From Amoebidium appalachense (lineage: Eukaryota; Protista; Ichthyosporea): DNA of 64,000 nucleotides. Location of the stretch: contig CAVNZM010000015.1 in NCBI GenBank assembly GCA_963693365.1, forward strand, positions 4,161,502 to 4,225,501, written 5' to 3'. Numbering within the stretch: the stretch's first letter is position 1; each line of letters starts with the position of its first letter. Below, piece by piece: positions 31,125 through 42,312 of the stretch. The translations under genes were made by a program, and so were the position numbers. The notes beneath the pieces were generated by a model. It was not told the origin of the DNA. It ran no database searches and saw nothing but the letters and a program-made list of their open reading frames with translations.

Positions 31125-34100
31125 ATGATGTACATAGGAATAGTGATGATACCATTAATAAGTAGTATAGGAGCTGGCCTTTTCGGTAGATTTATAGGTA
31201 CGAAAGGTGCAGGAATATTAGCAACGACAAGTATAGGAATAACAGCATTATTTTCATGAATTATAGGATATAAAGTAATAACAGAAGATACAATTATATA
31301 TACAGGATTAATAGGTAGATGAATAGAAAGTGGAATATTATCCATTAGTATGGGAATAAGAATAGATAGTATTACAGCGATGATGTTAATATTAGTAACA
31401 ACAGTATCGTGATTAGTACATATGTATTCAACTGGATATATGTCAGAAGATCCACATGTTCCTAGATTTATGGCATACTTATCTTTATTCACTTTCTTTA
31501 TGGTTGTTTTAGTTACAGGAGACAACTTAATTCAATTATTTATAGGATGAGAGGGTGTAGGGTTATGTTCTTATTTATTAATTAATTTTTGATACACTAG
31601 AATACAAGCTAATAAATCTGCAATTAAAGCTATGATAATGAATAGAATTGGAGATTTAGGATTAACATTAGGAATATTAGCAACTTATTATACATTCGGG
31701 GCAACAGATTATTCAACAATCTTTGCATTAGCGTCGAGTGCTAAATATGAAACAACTATTATAGCTTACAACGGAATGGAAGTATATAATTTAACTTTAA
31801 TAGGAATATTATTCTTAATTGGAGCAATAGGTAAATCCGCTCAATTAGGATTACATACATGATTACCATCAGCGATGGAGGGTAAATTAAGCAACACCAA
31901 TTTAGTAATACAAATAAGATTATTTAGTAATAAAGGAGCACAATTATTTTCATCAACCATTCTAGAGGTAATCGTAGGATTAATGCTTTCAGATGGATAT
32001 TTGCAAAAGCCCACTTCGGAGACTAGTAACAGTCGTTTAGAATTTACATTTAAAGAGGCGAGTTTAGAATATGTAACAAGATTAAAATTTGAAGTATTAG
32101 GTAGTATATGTACAAGAAATCCGCCTACTCCGTGGCCTAAGACTAACCCTTCTCAATTCTGATTTGGGTCGAGATGTTATCCTTTCTTGAAAGATTTACG
32201 TAAAATATGATATAAATGGGACGAGACTATAAAAAAAGATGTAAAAATTATTCCCTTTGATTTTGTGGAGAAGTATTTTACAGCAAGAATGTTAGCATTT
32301 TGAATTATGGGTGATGGATATTGATGTAATGATCAAAATACAGTTCACTTAAGTACAGAAGATTTTTCTTATAAAGAGGTAGAAACTCTTATTAAATTAT
32401 TAGATGAAAAATTAGGACTTAAAGCTACTATGAAGAAAAGAAAAGGAAAAGATAGAATTAGATTTAGTGGTAAAGCCGCTAACTTAAATAAACTACGTGA
32501 ATTAGTATTTCCTTATATGCACTCCTCCTTTATGTATAGATTAGGTTTATAGATTGGGCCCTCCTTAAACTTCACTATATGCTAGAAACTACCGCAGCAC
32601 CAGAGTGCAAAAAGTTCTCTACTCTCATGAAAGCAGAAGAAATAATGTCTTTCAAACTTATGTATTTTGACTAATGGGAGTAACTGGCTCTTTAATATTT
32701 AAAGTGCCGATGAACATGAGGTACAATTAGCAGGAAACCAATCGTTACAAAGGTAACTTAGTAGGATCCTCAGAGACTATACGTGAAGCTCGAATAGATA
32801 AACTATGCTATTCTAGAAAAAATAGTCCAACACACATAGAATGGTATTTGATGCCAGTGTGCCAACTCCAGTGTCTGCATTAATTCATAGTGCAACTATG
32901 GTAACAGCAGGTATATTTTTATTAATTCGTAGTTCTCCAATTTTAGAATTAAGTTCAACAGCATTATTTTATATAACAATTATAGGAGCATTAACTGCAC
33001 TATTTGCAGCCAGTGTTGCTATAGTACAAAATGATCTTAAAAAAGTGATTGCCTACTCTACTTGTTCCCAATTGGGGTGAATCGTTAGAACAGTAGAATC
33101 AGATGTAATAGGTAGAAGACAGTATTCAACTTCATAAAATGGTGGGATAGTAATAAGAGTAGAGATGTACTTCCAGACAAATCGGAATGTCCATGAGTGT
33201 TTAATCTAGAACAAACTAGTCAATATTAATTAAAATATGAAGGTATTACAGTACTTTACGTCTAACGGAACAAAGTTGACGTGAAAAATGTACATAGGAA
33301 TAACTGTATAACCGTGGAATCGATTTGGTAATTATTTTTGGTTCAAAGTATATAGAAGAACAGTTGAGCTCGATGGCGATTTGTATGATTTTGAAAAGTA
33401 TTATAACAATACTTTTGAGCTATATATACTACAAATCTTGCTGAATACAGTTTCATAGTTAGAGTTAACTATAGCTACATGAGTTGAGCGTGGAAATCCG
33501 TAATACAATATTCAACCAATTATAGATCTTTTTGTTTAAGCGAATCATTACAGATTTGTAAAATCAGTTGCACAGGATATACGAGATAAAATTAGTAACA
33601 CACTAAAGGGAAGAACTGTTAGTTAAAACCAAATCATGTAAAAGGAGCACATAAGACTAAAGTTTATTGCTATAATGAAATGAGAATATTTGATGGGATA
33701 CGAATAATGCAGCGAGAATAAGGATTATCTGGAAGTATTTTAATTAGAAGCAAATTTGACAATCGTAAACTATTCCGAGCTCAGTGTGAAGAAAAATTGG
33801 TTCCTTTGTACATCTCTTTAATCTTAATTACTATCACTACTAAATCATGTGCCCCTAATTAAATTCCACTGTATGCTGGAAACATCTAAAGCCTTAGGTA
33901 CTCTTAGATAATGTAAGAGTAACAATCTTAAGGATTACAAATCGCAATGGTCAACCCGCCGGAAACCTCTGTTAATAAATATTAGCTAGTCGGATCCTCA
34001 GAGACTACACGTGGAACAGAACATATTACATGTTTTGATGATATAGTCCAATCAATAGTGAGAACTATTGGGCCATTGACATGGCTTTTGCTTGTGGTCT

Positions 34101-35112
34101 TTCTAATTACTCAGTTAGTTTATTCCATCTTTTTAATCATGGTTTCTTTAAAGCTCTTCTTTTCTTAAGTGCAGGGTCTGTTCTTCACGCTTTAGCTGAT
34201 GAGCAAGATCTTAGAAAAATGGGTGCACTTATTTATTCTCTCCCCTTTACTTATTCAATGATGACTATCGGGTCTTTATCTTTAATGGGATTCCCATTCC
34301 TTACAGGATTCTATTCTAAAGATCTTATATTAGAGTTAGCGTATGCTCATTTTTCTTTCCATGGTACATTTGCTCATTGATTAGGAACTTTAGCTGCTTC
34401 ATTAACTGCTTTCTATTCTTTCCGTCTTATTTATCTTGCCTTTATTAACACTCCAAACTCTTCTTACTCTCATTTCTCACATTCGCACGAGCCAGTGCTT
34501 CCAATGATGTTTCCTTTAGCGTTCTTGGCCTTCTGTTCTATTTTTGTTGGTTATTTCTTTAAAGATCTCTTTGTTGGATTAGGATCTCCTTTCTTCTCTT
34601 CTGCAATTTTTGCACTTCCTTCTCATCCATCTCCATTAGATTCGGAATTTATCCCTTCATCAGTTAAACTCTTACCTCTTATATTCTCTATGTTAGGAGT
34701 AGCCATAGCAACATTCTTATATCCATTCTATTCAAGTTCATCTTGAATTAATCCACTATTCTCTACTCCATTAGCCTTATCTATTCACTCTTTCTTATCT
34801 TCTTCATGACATATCGATTGATTATATAATGAAACATTTGGAAAACCTTTCCTTCATTTTGGACATATTGTTTCGTATAAAGCAATTGATCGTGGTTTAT
34901 TAGAGTCCTTAGGACCTAATGGTCTTTCTTCTTTATTTTATTCGTCTTCTAAAGTCTTATCATCTCTCCAATCAGGATATATTTATCATTATGCTTTTGT
35001 TATTTTCGCTGCTACTACTTTATTCTTTGCGCTTTCTTTATTTTCATCTCTTACACTTTCAGTTTCACTTCCAGTGCTCTTTTTAATTCCTCTCCTTTGT
35101 TTATTTATTTAG
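31125..35112 (+). CDS. nad5: Mitochondrial NADH dehydrogenase subunit 5; exons 31125-31883, 32862-33078, 34079-35112 (669 aa, TGA=Trp)
   Basis: Motifs [39 protein letters not shown]|[32 protein letters not shown]|[27 protein letters not shown]; frame continuous. Not translatable in the nuclear code. Confidence 0.96.
31884..32552 (+). CDS. Double-motif LAGLIDADG homing endonuclease/maturase, in frame with nad5 exon 1
   Basis: [11 protein letters not shown] and LAFWIMGDGYW motifs; ends [14 protein letters not shown]; open under TGA=Trp. Confidence 0.92.
31884..32861 (+). ncRNA. Group I intron at the conserved nad5 AMEG|PTP (ND5-717) site
   Basis: Exon ends in T, intron ends in G; core elements TATGCTAGAAAC, AATTAGCAGG, CCTCAGAGACTAT, ATAGTCC (IB-like). 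Confidence 0.92.
33079..34078 (+). ncRNA. Second nad5 group I intron (splits the Tyr codon T|AC in SQLGY)
   Basis: 5' exon ends in T, terminal G; core TATGCTGGAAAC, CCTCAGAGACTACACG, GATATAGTCC. Confidence 0.92.
33240..33780 (+). pseudogene. Eroded GIY-YIG homing endonuclease remnant
   Basis: Fragments KMYIG (~33285), FELYIL (~33415) and [12 protein letters not shown] (NUMOD3-like, ~33580), broken by stops and frameshifts. Confidence 0.6.
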
Positions 35113-38100
35113 TTAATCAATTTAAATTTTCCTCTCTTTGTTGAGAGGCGAGTCCTTACTAACGCTATTATTATTCTTAGTAAGAGATGGTACAGTATTA
35201 CCATAGTACTATAGCTGTAACAAGTACTCTAAAAAAATAAGAGTACCAGTACTAAAGACTTCCTCTTGTAATATTTGTATAAATAAGAAACCATTCCTCT
35301 AGTGTGTATAAAGAAATAAAAGGATTGTAAGTACTTAGGAGAGCAGAAAGGGAAGTCTCACAAAGTGGTATCTCTACAAATGGACATCCCAAAAAATAAC
35401 ATCCCTTTTTCAATAATAGTAGAGTACCCTACAAACCCTAGAATGAAAGTATAGAAATAGAAGAGTCTTGTAAACAAAGAAGTTTAACAAGACGAAGATA
35501 ATATAAAGCAAAGATTTTACAAAGATCAAAAGGAGACAATTGGAATGACCGGGAGGAGACGATATTTAAACTATAGGATCTGACGGGCGCCAGGCAATAG
35601 CCTAAGCTAGTTTGGTACTGTGTACCTGCGGCATAACAACCAGAAAGACAGCATCCAAAATCTAATGGATTAAATCCCTTGACGCCCGCGTGAACCGCAT
35701 GCAACGAAAGCCGCTCACACGGTTTCTAGGAGTTGATTTTGACGTGAATTGGACGAACTCCGGCTAATCCGAGCTAAGAGTCCTTATCGCAACCCAGGTC
35801 TGGTATCCCAAACACCGGGGTGAAGTAAGAGCAATCTTTCCGAAGAACAGAACTACATGCAGAAACAGCATAAACCAGAGCAGCAATCTCATGGAAGTAA
35901 CAAGAGGAGAAAATGAACTCACCAAAACCCAAGAATGGGAGACAGAATAATCTCAGAAGTACATAAGTATAACACGACGAAGATAACAGAAGAGAGATCA
36001 CCAAAGATGGCAAGTAAACAGAAGTGAGAGTGAATGGCAGAAAAGAAGATTAACCAGCTATCAAAGAACTCCGAAAAAGGGGGGGGAAATCCCTGCTAAC
36101 GAAAGAGATACCGCAAAATAGCTATCAACATAAGACTCAAACGAGACCGCCCAGTAAACCCTATTAAGGATAAGAAATTGTTGAACTCATAGCTTAAGAA
36201 GAGGTTAAAGAACGGTAATAAAGTAGCATGAAGCAGACGAAAGGATGAACCTCAAAATAGAGAAAAGCTTACGAGATAATAGGAACAGCAGAAGCAACAA
36301 GATGTACAACTAAGGCAGACTTCGGAACATTAACCTAAAGTGTAAGCAATCTAACCCACCTTACCTATCACCACACTACATCAACGACAAATACCCATAA
36401 ACACAGCGAACACTACACCCATTGAAAGCACAAAATGGGAACGCTAGCGCACTAAGACCGAAATAAAACTTGCGCATCATTTGAACCAACACACTATGTC
36501 TACATCTCATTCAAAAAAATGGTCGGCGTGTAATCTCTGAAAATACTACCAACAAATGAATCATCTACCTCGGTTCTCTGTTAATTATACCTCACCCACA
36601 ATAACATCGAACGACCTAACTTTACTCTCAACATACTACGCCAACAATATATGAAATTTGAAATGAAGAAGGAAGACGGGATATTTAACAAAAAGTGAAA
36701 TGTATGAAAACACAAGTTTGAATAACAGCAACAGCAAATTCTAAACCCGATATAACAAAATCCCTAACGCAGGCAAAGATAATAACTCTCCAGTCGTTAA
36801 CATCGTCCAAATGAATTCACTCGAAATAGCTAACAAAGACGGCCTGCTGAATATTGGCAGCAAGACGAACACCCAATAAGGTTGCTCTAGCTGAATAACT
36901 TACTAATCCAATCATTACCAACCAAGAAGAAATAGCCATTATAGCACGAAAACCCCAAGAAGCCAACACCATGAAAGACTAAATCCAGGTAAGACAAATC
37001 AGAACTAAATTCATAATAATAAAACCAACGCAACACTAACACGAGTAGCAGCATTTAACCTGAAATAAAATCAGCACATCATCGAATCAACACTTTACAG
37101 CCTATATTCCATCTCATCCGAAAAAGATAGTTTGCTTGCAGTCTCTGTGAACTCGCCCACCTTTATCAAGTAGAGGTAAACCCCGTATCACTCATTAACA
37201 AAGGAATACCTAAACCCTAACAGCTCCCAACCACGTATAGGCAGAAAGAATATTGAGAAGGTATAGTTAAAGCAGATGAGGAAATATCCTCACAATGCCT
37301 TAAGAAGTGCCTAGTACAAACAGATTTACCAACACGATTGGGAAGTTTTCCTTAAAGACAAAGACGAACACCTTTAAACCCAAGCAACAACCAACCGAGC
37401 TACAGAGACAATGTGAATTTCTAAAAACCTCCATATACTGAAGGATCTGGTACCTACGGAAATCGACGGAACTTTCGCGGTGCTCCAACCTACAACAATT
37501 AACGCATGAAGTTGTACTACCGTGGTAACTCTGGACGTTCCAATGCTCTCTCATCAACTGAGTTTAACATCTCGAAAGCTAGACTTCCGCTGGTAAGATC
37601 CAACTAGTTTAGGAAAGATCCTGCGCACTTAGAAAAGATCCGGCACACCTGGAAGATAATCTCGCCACCAAACAAGACCCATGTTTCCGCCTCAACCAGC
37701 AAGCTAACCTACATTTTCTGTTTACAAGATAATGCCCTACCACCAAGCTACACTAATCACACTTTTTCCAACAAGCTAGGATTGTAAAACCAATTTTATT
37801 TTTACAAGTTGGTAGCAGGACTTGGTACCTACGGAAATCGACGGAATTTTCGCGGTGCTTCAACCTATAACCTCTTGTTCCAAACCCGAGTGGCCGACCA
37901 ATTGAGCTACCCTCTGGTAACCTAATAAATATAATAAGGCCGGATCCAAACCTGCTACTTCATGACAGAGCGATCCTTTTCAAAAAAGCTTGCTTTCAGA
38001 TCGCCTCTTCTTCGTCATTCCTTGACAGCGGGATAATATGATTACCCAGGCTGGATCCCTAAGGATATAGGCTGAGTCAATCAGTGGATACTAGGTATTT

Positions 38101-38199
38101 ATTCTTGGTCTAAAGTTTGTCAATCGTTAGATCATTAAATTTAAGTCAGCAAGCTTTCACTTCGTAGCATAACTACTATCTCTTTCATGACAAAAGAAC

Positions 38200-38790
38200 A
38201 TTGCGAGTGCCAACGAGTTGCAAATCCCAATGAGTTGCGAGTCCTAGACGAGCTTGTCGTCGTATGATGACAAGAGCATAAGACTTTTCTCTTAGCAAGA
38301 AAGCTCAAACGAGACTCTTGTAATCACAAGATTATCAATTCACCTTGTATGAGTAGAAGAACTTGCGAGTTGCGAGTACTAATACGAGCTTGTCGTCGTA
38401 TGATGACAAGAGCATAAGACTTTTCTCTTAGCGAGACGGCTTTGAAAAACTTCTTGGTACTAGATGAGCTTGTAGTCATATGATGACAAGAGCATAAGAC
38501 TCTTCTCTTAGCGAGAAGGCTCAAGAGAGACTCTTGTAATATGAGGATTACCCATTCACCTTGCGCACAGGTACACAGTACCAAGCAAGCTTAGTCAAAT
38601 CGCCTTACACACATGTATACAGTACCAAGCTAGCTTAGATAAATTACTTTGTGCACAGGTACACAGTACCAAGCAAGCTTAGTCAATTCGCCTTGTGCAC
38701 AGGTATACAGTACCCAACGAACTTAGTCAAATAGCCTTGCGCACAGGTATACAGTACCAAGCTAGTTTAGGCAATTCACCTTGTACACAG
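38200..38790. repeat. Subterminal repeat arrays of the mitochondrial block: 3 x GAGCTTGTCGTCGTATGATGACAAGAGCATAAGAC units, then 5 x 44-bp CAGTACCAAGC units
   Basis: Directly visible; 44-bp period (38576, 38620...). A further ~45-bp duplication lies at ~37449 and ~37824. Confidence 0.88.
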
Positions 38791-39293
38791 AGATATCCTC
38801 CCAAGCTTGTGTAGGCAATTCCTCCCCCTTATAAATATGTTAATAACAATTAAAGATTTATATTAATCCCAATTCTTGATCTGCTAAAACTCCGATTTTC
38901 AGAGAATTGAACCATATATGGTTCTTCAGCTGCATACCACATAAACGAAGTGAACCAATAAGAGGTTTGCATAAATAGGACAAAGGTCTGACTGGCTCGG
39001 ACCGCACCAGAATCACGAATGGCATGTTGCCACCCGCGCTGGCCGCGGATGAACCAATCCTGGGCCTTGATCCGAAACCTGGGGGCTATATAAGAAAGCC
39101 GTCCCAGTACGGGGATCACATCAGTGAAGTCTGAGACAGACTGAGTCGGCCCATAGTAAAAGCAACCTGGCTGCGTGTGCCTTTCTACCCGTTCTCTGTC
39201 TTTATTTTGATTCAGTTGTACTCTGCCTTATCCTAACTAGTCCAACTGTTTACACACTGGTCCTTCAAGCAGAAGCCCCACCTAAAGACCCAC

Positions 39294-39713
39294 ATGCACC
39301 TACACTTGGGGAGGCCGTACAGGTGTGACCAGGTTAATTGTACTGCATCCTACACTACGGCCGCATCCCTACAAATTCACCAGTATAAGCATAACCAGGA
39401 AATGCCATTTCGATGTGGAACATGTGGCAAGCAATTCACACATCCAAGCCCATTCCGCAGACATCAAAAAAACGTGCACACAGAGAAAACACCTTACAGG
39501 TGCACGTGGCCCGGGTGCGATAAGACCTACAAATACAAGATATCCGTCATCTGCCATGAACGAAAGCACACAGGCGAGCGTCCATTTGTATGTGGTGCTT
39601 GTAGTAAAACTTATCGGCACCTTTCCGCACTCCACTATCACATCCGCACTCGCCACAAGCCTGTGGTCCAGCCGACAAGCACCCAAAGTGACCTTCCCAC
39701 TGAGGAGCAATAA
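39294..39713 (+). CDS. Tandem C2H2 zinc-finger protein (4 complete fingers plus an upstream half finger)
   Basis: CxxxxC..H...H and CxxC..H...H fingers with TEKTPY and TGERPF linkers; in-frame upstream SFKQKPHLKTHMHLH lacks its CxxC. Confidence 0.9.
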   Translation: MHLHLGRPYRCDQVNCTASYTTAASLQIHQYKHNQEMPFRCGTCGKQFTHPSPFRRHQKNVHTEKTPYRCTWPGCDKTYKYKISVICHERKHTGERPFVCGACSKTYRHLSALHYHIRTRHKPVVQPTSTQSDLPTEEQ

Positions 39714-39719
39714 AAGCCC

Positions 39720-40919
39720 CTATTTTAGGTTTTCCCGTGCCCAATGTTTGCAGTCCTTGCAGTACCGGTTGTAACAGCGTTCCTCGCTGGAGTACAATCG
39801 GGTCAATGAACGCTTTTGAAACCAAGCGGGCTTGTTCCCGCGGCGGTGAGGACAGTTTGGGCCCTCACATGGTCTAGCTATTTTACTCCAACACGAGTTG
39901 CAGTGCACCTTGCGCCCGCATTTCACCATCCACTTTCTGGTGTCCAAACTGATGGAGCGATGGTGACACCGACGGCATGTCTTGTAATGCAGCCTGCAGT
40001 CATCACAGAACAGTTGTCGGCTCCAATAATGATGTGAACAATTGGAGCATGGTGTCAGTCCCTTGGAACAAACGTTACAGTTTCTTGCAACCACCTCTTC
40101 TACCCGTCGACTGCAACCTTCCCAGCCCCCTGAGCAAGCCGGCAACAAGTCGCATGGGCCGCAATACCCTGAACCAACGAGGTTGTTCCGACTTTTGCAG
40201 TTCGGGCACCTTGGAATTTTGGGGCAGGATGAGAGCTCGCAGAACTCACGGGGCTGGGTGGGATTCAACACTTTCCCACACAAGCACGCTGGCAAGGCCC
40301 TACATGTTGTACACAACCCTTCACGGATCCAAGTTTGCTTGCAATTCATGCACCTGGGCGCGCACTGGGAGCACCAGAAACGCGGGCCTACGTCTGTCAG
40401 GGTTAGCATTCCATCACTCTCATAGCGCTCCAGTATTTCCTTAGTTCTCACTTCGTGTACTCTGCCGCATAGTTCGTGTAACAGCACATGCTTCTCAAGG
40501 CCTGTCCCGTGGGTATGATACACCTCAATTGCAGCAGTGAGATTCGACCCCTGCAAAACCCCAACATCAAGGAAGAATTGATGGTCGTCATAGCACACTC
40601 CGTGTTCCAAAGCCGACTCTCCAACAATCCTCGACGTGGACTCGGGATGATTCTTGCATACAATTTCCAGGCGCCCATCGGCTATTGCGCGTTGAACAAT
40701 TTCTTTGCCAAGCTTGTGGCTCGCTCCTTCTCCACCGGTAAATGCACAAGGGCGGTTCAAATTGCTTGTGTGTGCAAAGTGTGGCACCCGCACGGTACCC
40801 CTCCGTAAAACCACCGGCACTCCACAGTCGCCACATACATACTTGTTTTCTTTGGTAGCCTCCCTTGCACTATACAGAATTCTGTCTTTGAGGTTGCGAG
40901 CTATTTTGACCTTCAGCAT
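39720..40919 (-). CDS. CoiA-like zinc-ribbon + PD-(D/E)XK nuclease with Cys-rich C-terminal repeats
   Basis: YVCGDCGVPVVLRRG.VRVPHFAH...C..GGEGASHKLGK, then LDVG...AIEVYHTH; many CxxC pairs downstream; intronless. Confidence 0.8.
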   Translation of the reverse strand: MLKVKIARNLKDRILYSAREATKENKYVCGDCGVPVVLRRGTVRVPHFAHTSNLNRPCAFTGGEGASHKLGKEIVQRAIADGRLEIVCKNHPESTSRIVGESALEHGVCYDDHQFFLDVGVLQGSNLTAAIEVYHTHGTGLEKHVLLHELCGRVHEVRTKEILERYESDGMLTLTDVGPRFWCSQCAPRCMNCKQTWIREGLCTTCRALPACLCGKVLNPTQPREFCELSSCPKIPRCPNCKSRNNLVGSGYCGPCDLLPACSGGWEGCSRRVEEVVARNCNVCSKGLTPCSNCSHHYWSRQLFCDDCRLHYKTCRRCHHRSISLDTRKWMVKCGRKVHCNSCWSKIARPCEGPNCPHRRGNKPAWFQKRSLTRLYSSEERCYNRYCKDCKHWARENLK

Positions 40920-40980
40920 CTTGCAATTGTACTAGATTATATTTTTCCCGCTCCTTTCTTTTTTCGCTCTTATAGGAGAG

Positions 40981-41463
40981 ATGGAGACTGCTCACATAGG
41001 AGGCTGTGTAGCTGCCGGGTGCACAGACCCTGAGCTTACACAGGCTCCACACACACCCCCTGGTGACCAGACACTGCATCCACAAATGGTGCCTGCCGAC
41101 TGGCGCGACACCGAGCTAATTGGGTATCTGCGCACATGGATTGGGCGTGTGGAAGGGACCAGAAAGTACATTGTAAAAATGTGGGACGTCACCATGGGTG
41201 CGTACAGGCCCAGAATCATATCCGCAGCTGCCATGCGCTGTACATTACAGGGTTACTCTGTGGAGTGGCATGACGGATCCCGCAGCAGAAAGTACACAGG
41301 CACCAACTTCTTGCGCGGGCCACACATGCCCCGCTACTCGAAGGCAGCCGTGTATGCCAGCTTGGGGGTGCGCCCGGGGCGGGTGGTGCGCCGCAGGAAC
41401 AAACGATATTCGTGTCGATGTATTATATGCTGTCCATCGACACGTGTGCGGTCTCTGCAATGA
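40981..41463 (+). CDS. Hypothetical protein (160 aa)
   Basis: ATG-started, complex-sequence ORF divergent from the CoiA-like gene; no family recognised. Confidence 0.5.
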   Translation: METAHIGGCVAAGCTDPELTQAPHTPPGDQTLHPQMVPADWRDTELIGYLRTWIGRVEGTRKYIVKMWDVTMGAYRPRIISAAAMRCTLQGYSVEWHDGSRSRKYTGTNFLRGPHMPRYSKAAVYASLGVRPGRVVRRRNKRYSCRCIICCPSTRVRSLQ

Positions 41464-41600
41464 TGCGGGCAAGGTCTTAGACTTTGATGCAAGTTGTCTG
41501 GTCGATGATCAATAAAATGACCCCGCCGGGGGGGGGGGGGGGGGGGGGGGGGGGAGGAGGCACGCGAGGCTCGCATTTTTATGTTGTGCACTGTTATAGG

Positions 41601-41957
41601 ATGTCTGCGGTAGGCTACGACGAGGCGTTCGTGCGCGAGCGACTGGCCAAGGTCGAGGACGGGGTGTGCGAGGTGCCCACTCGGGCCGGCCGGATCGACG
41701 TGCTGACCAGCACACAGGTCATCGAGGTCCAGCGTGTATCGCAGTGGACGACGGCGATCGGAAACGTGCTCGCATACAGCCACTACTACCCCGACCGACA
41801 ACCGAGGATCCACCTGTTCGACTATGCGCCGGCAGACGTGTACAGGATTGCCGTGCAAACCATCACGTCGCTGAACATCACGCTTACAACCGAAGAGGAC
41901 ACGTTGCAGCTGATTTGGGGGGACGGCGCGGGCAAAGACGTAAAAGATGAAAAATAA
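41601..41957 (+). CDS. Small restriction-endonuclease-fold (PD-(D/E)XK) protein of the type common in large DNA viruses
   Basis: E..V...L......EV.T.AGRIDVLT...IEVQ...W..AIGNVLAY pattern; the expected catalytic K is replaced by Q. Confidence 0.75.
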   Translation: MSAVGYDEAFVRERLAKVEDGVCEVPTRAGRIDVLTSTQVIEVQRVSQWTTAIGNVLAYSHYYPDRQPRIHLFDYAPADVYRIAVQTITSLNITLTTEEDTLQLIWGDGAGKDVKDEK

Positions 41958-42071
41958 ATAAAGAAGCCATGGGCAAAAAGTCAAAGCAGCGCAGAGTTGG
42001 CCAATAAACGGTCAAAGCAGCGCAGAGTTGGCCAATATCCATCCAGTCAACCAAACACGAACCCTTTTGGT

Positions 42072-42312
42072 CAATATCCGGTCAACCCGAACTCGTGTTT
42101 GGCGAAAATCTAGTGAACCTAAAACGAACATCGCGCGAACCCCTGCCAATATCCGGTCAACCCGAACTCGTGTTTGGCGAAAATCTAGTGAACCCAAAAC
42201 GAACATCGCGCGAACCCCTGCCAATATCCGGTCAACCCGAACTCGTGTTTGGCGAAAATCTAGTGAACCCAAAACGAACATCGCGCGAACCCCTGCCAAT
42301 ATCCGGTCAACC
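42072..42312. repeat. 3 x 75-bp tandem repeat
   Basis: CAATATCCGGTCAACC at 42072, 42147, 42222 and 42297. Confidence 0.95.

Larger units (their letters stand above)
30878..38924 (+). other. ~8-kb mitochondrial DNA block (NUMT or chimeric assembly)
   Basis: Abrupt AT-rich composition, TGA=Trp nad5 with group I introns, and inverted end motif GGA(A/G)TTTTAGCAGATCA at 30905-30921 and 38877-38893. A mitochondrial origin for 35.2-38.9 kb is inferred, not shown. Confidence 0.8.

Noticed and set aside
31112-31525. 137-aa minus-strand ORF
   Set aside because: Antisense shadow of nad5 exon 1.
35150-38200. Additional mitochondrial genes, tRNAs or a plasmid-type polymerase
   Set aside because: No long ORF noticed even allowing TGA=Trp, and no cloverleaf or rRNA signature recognised.
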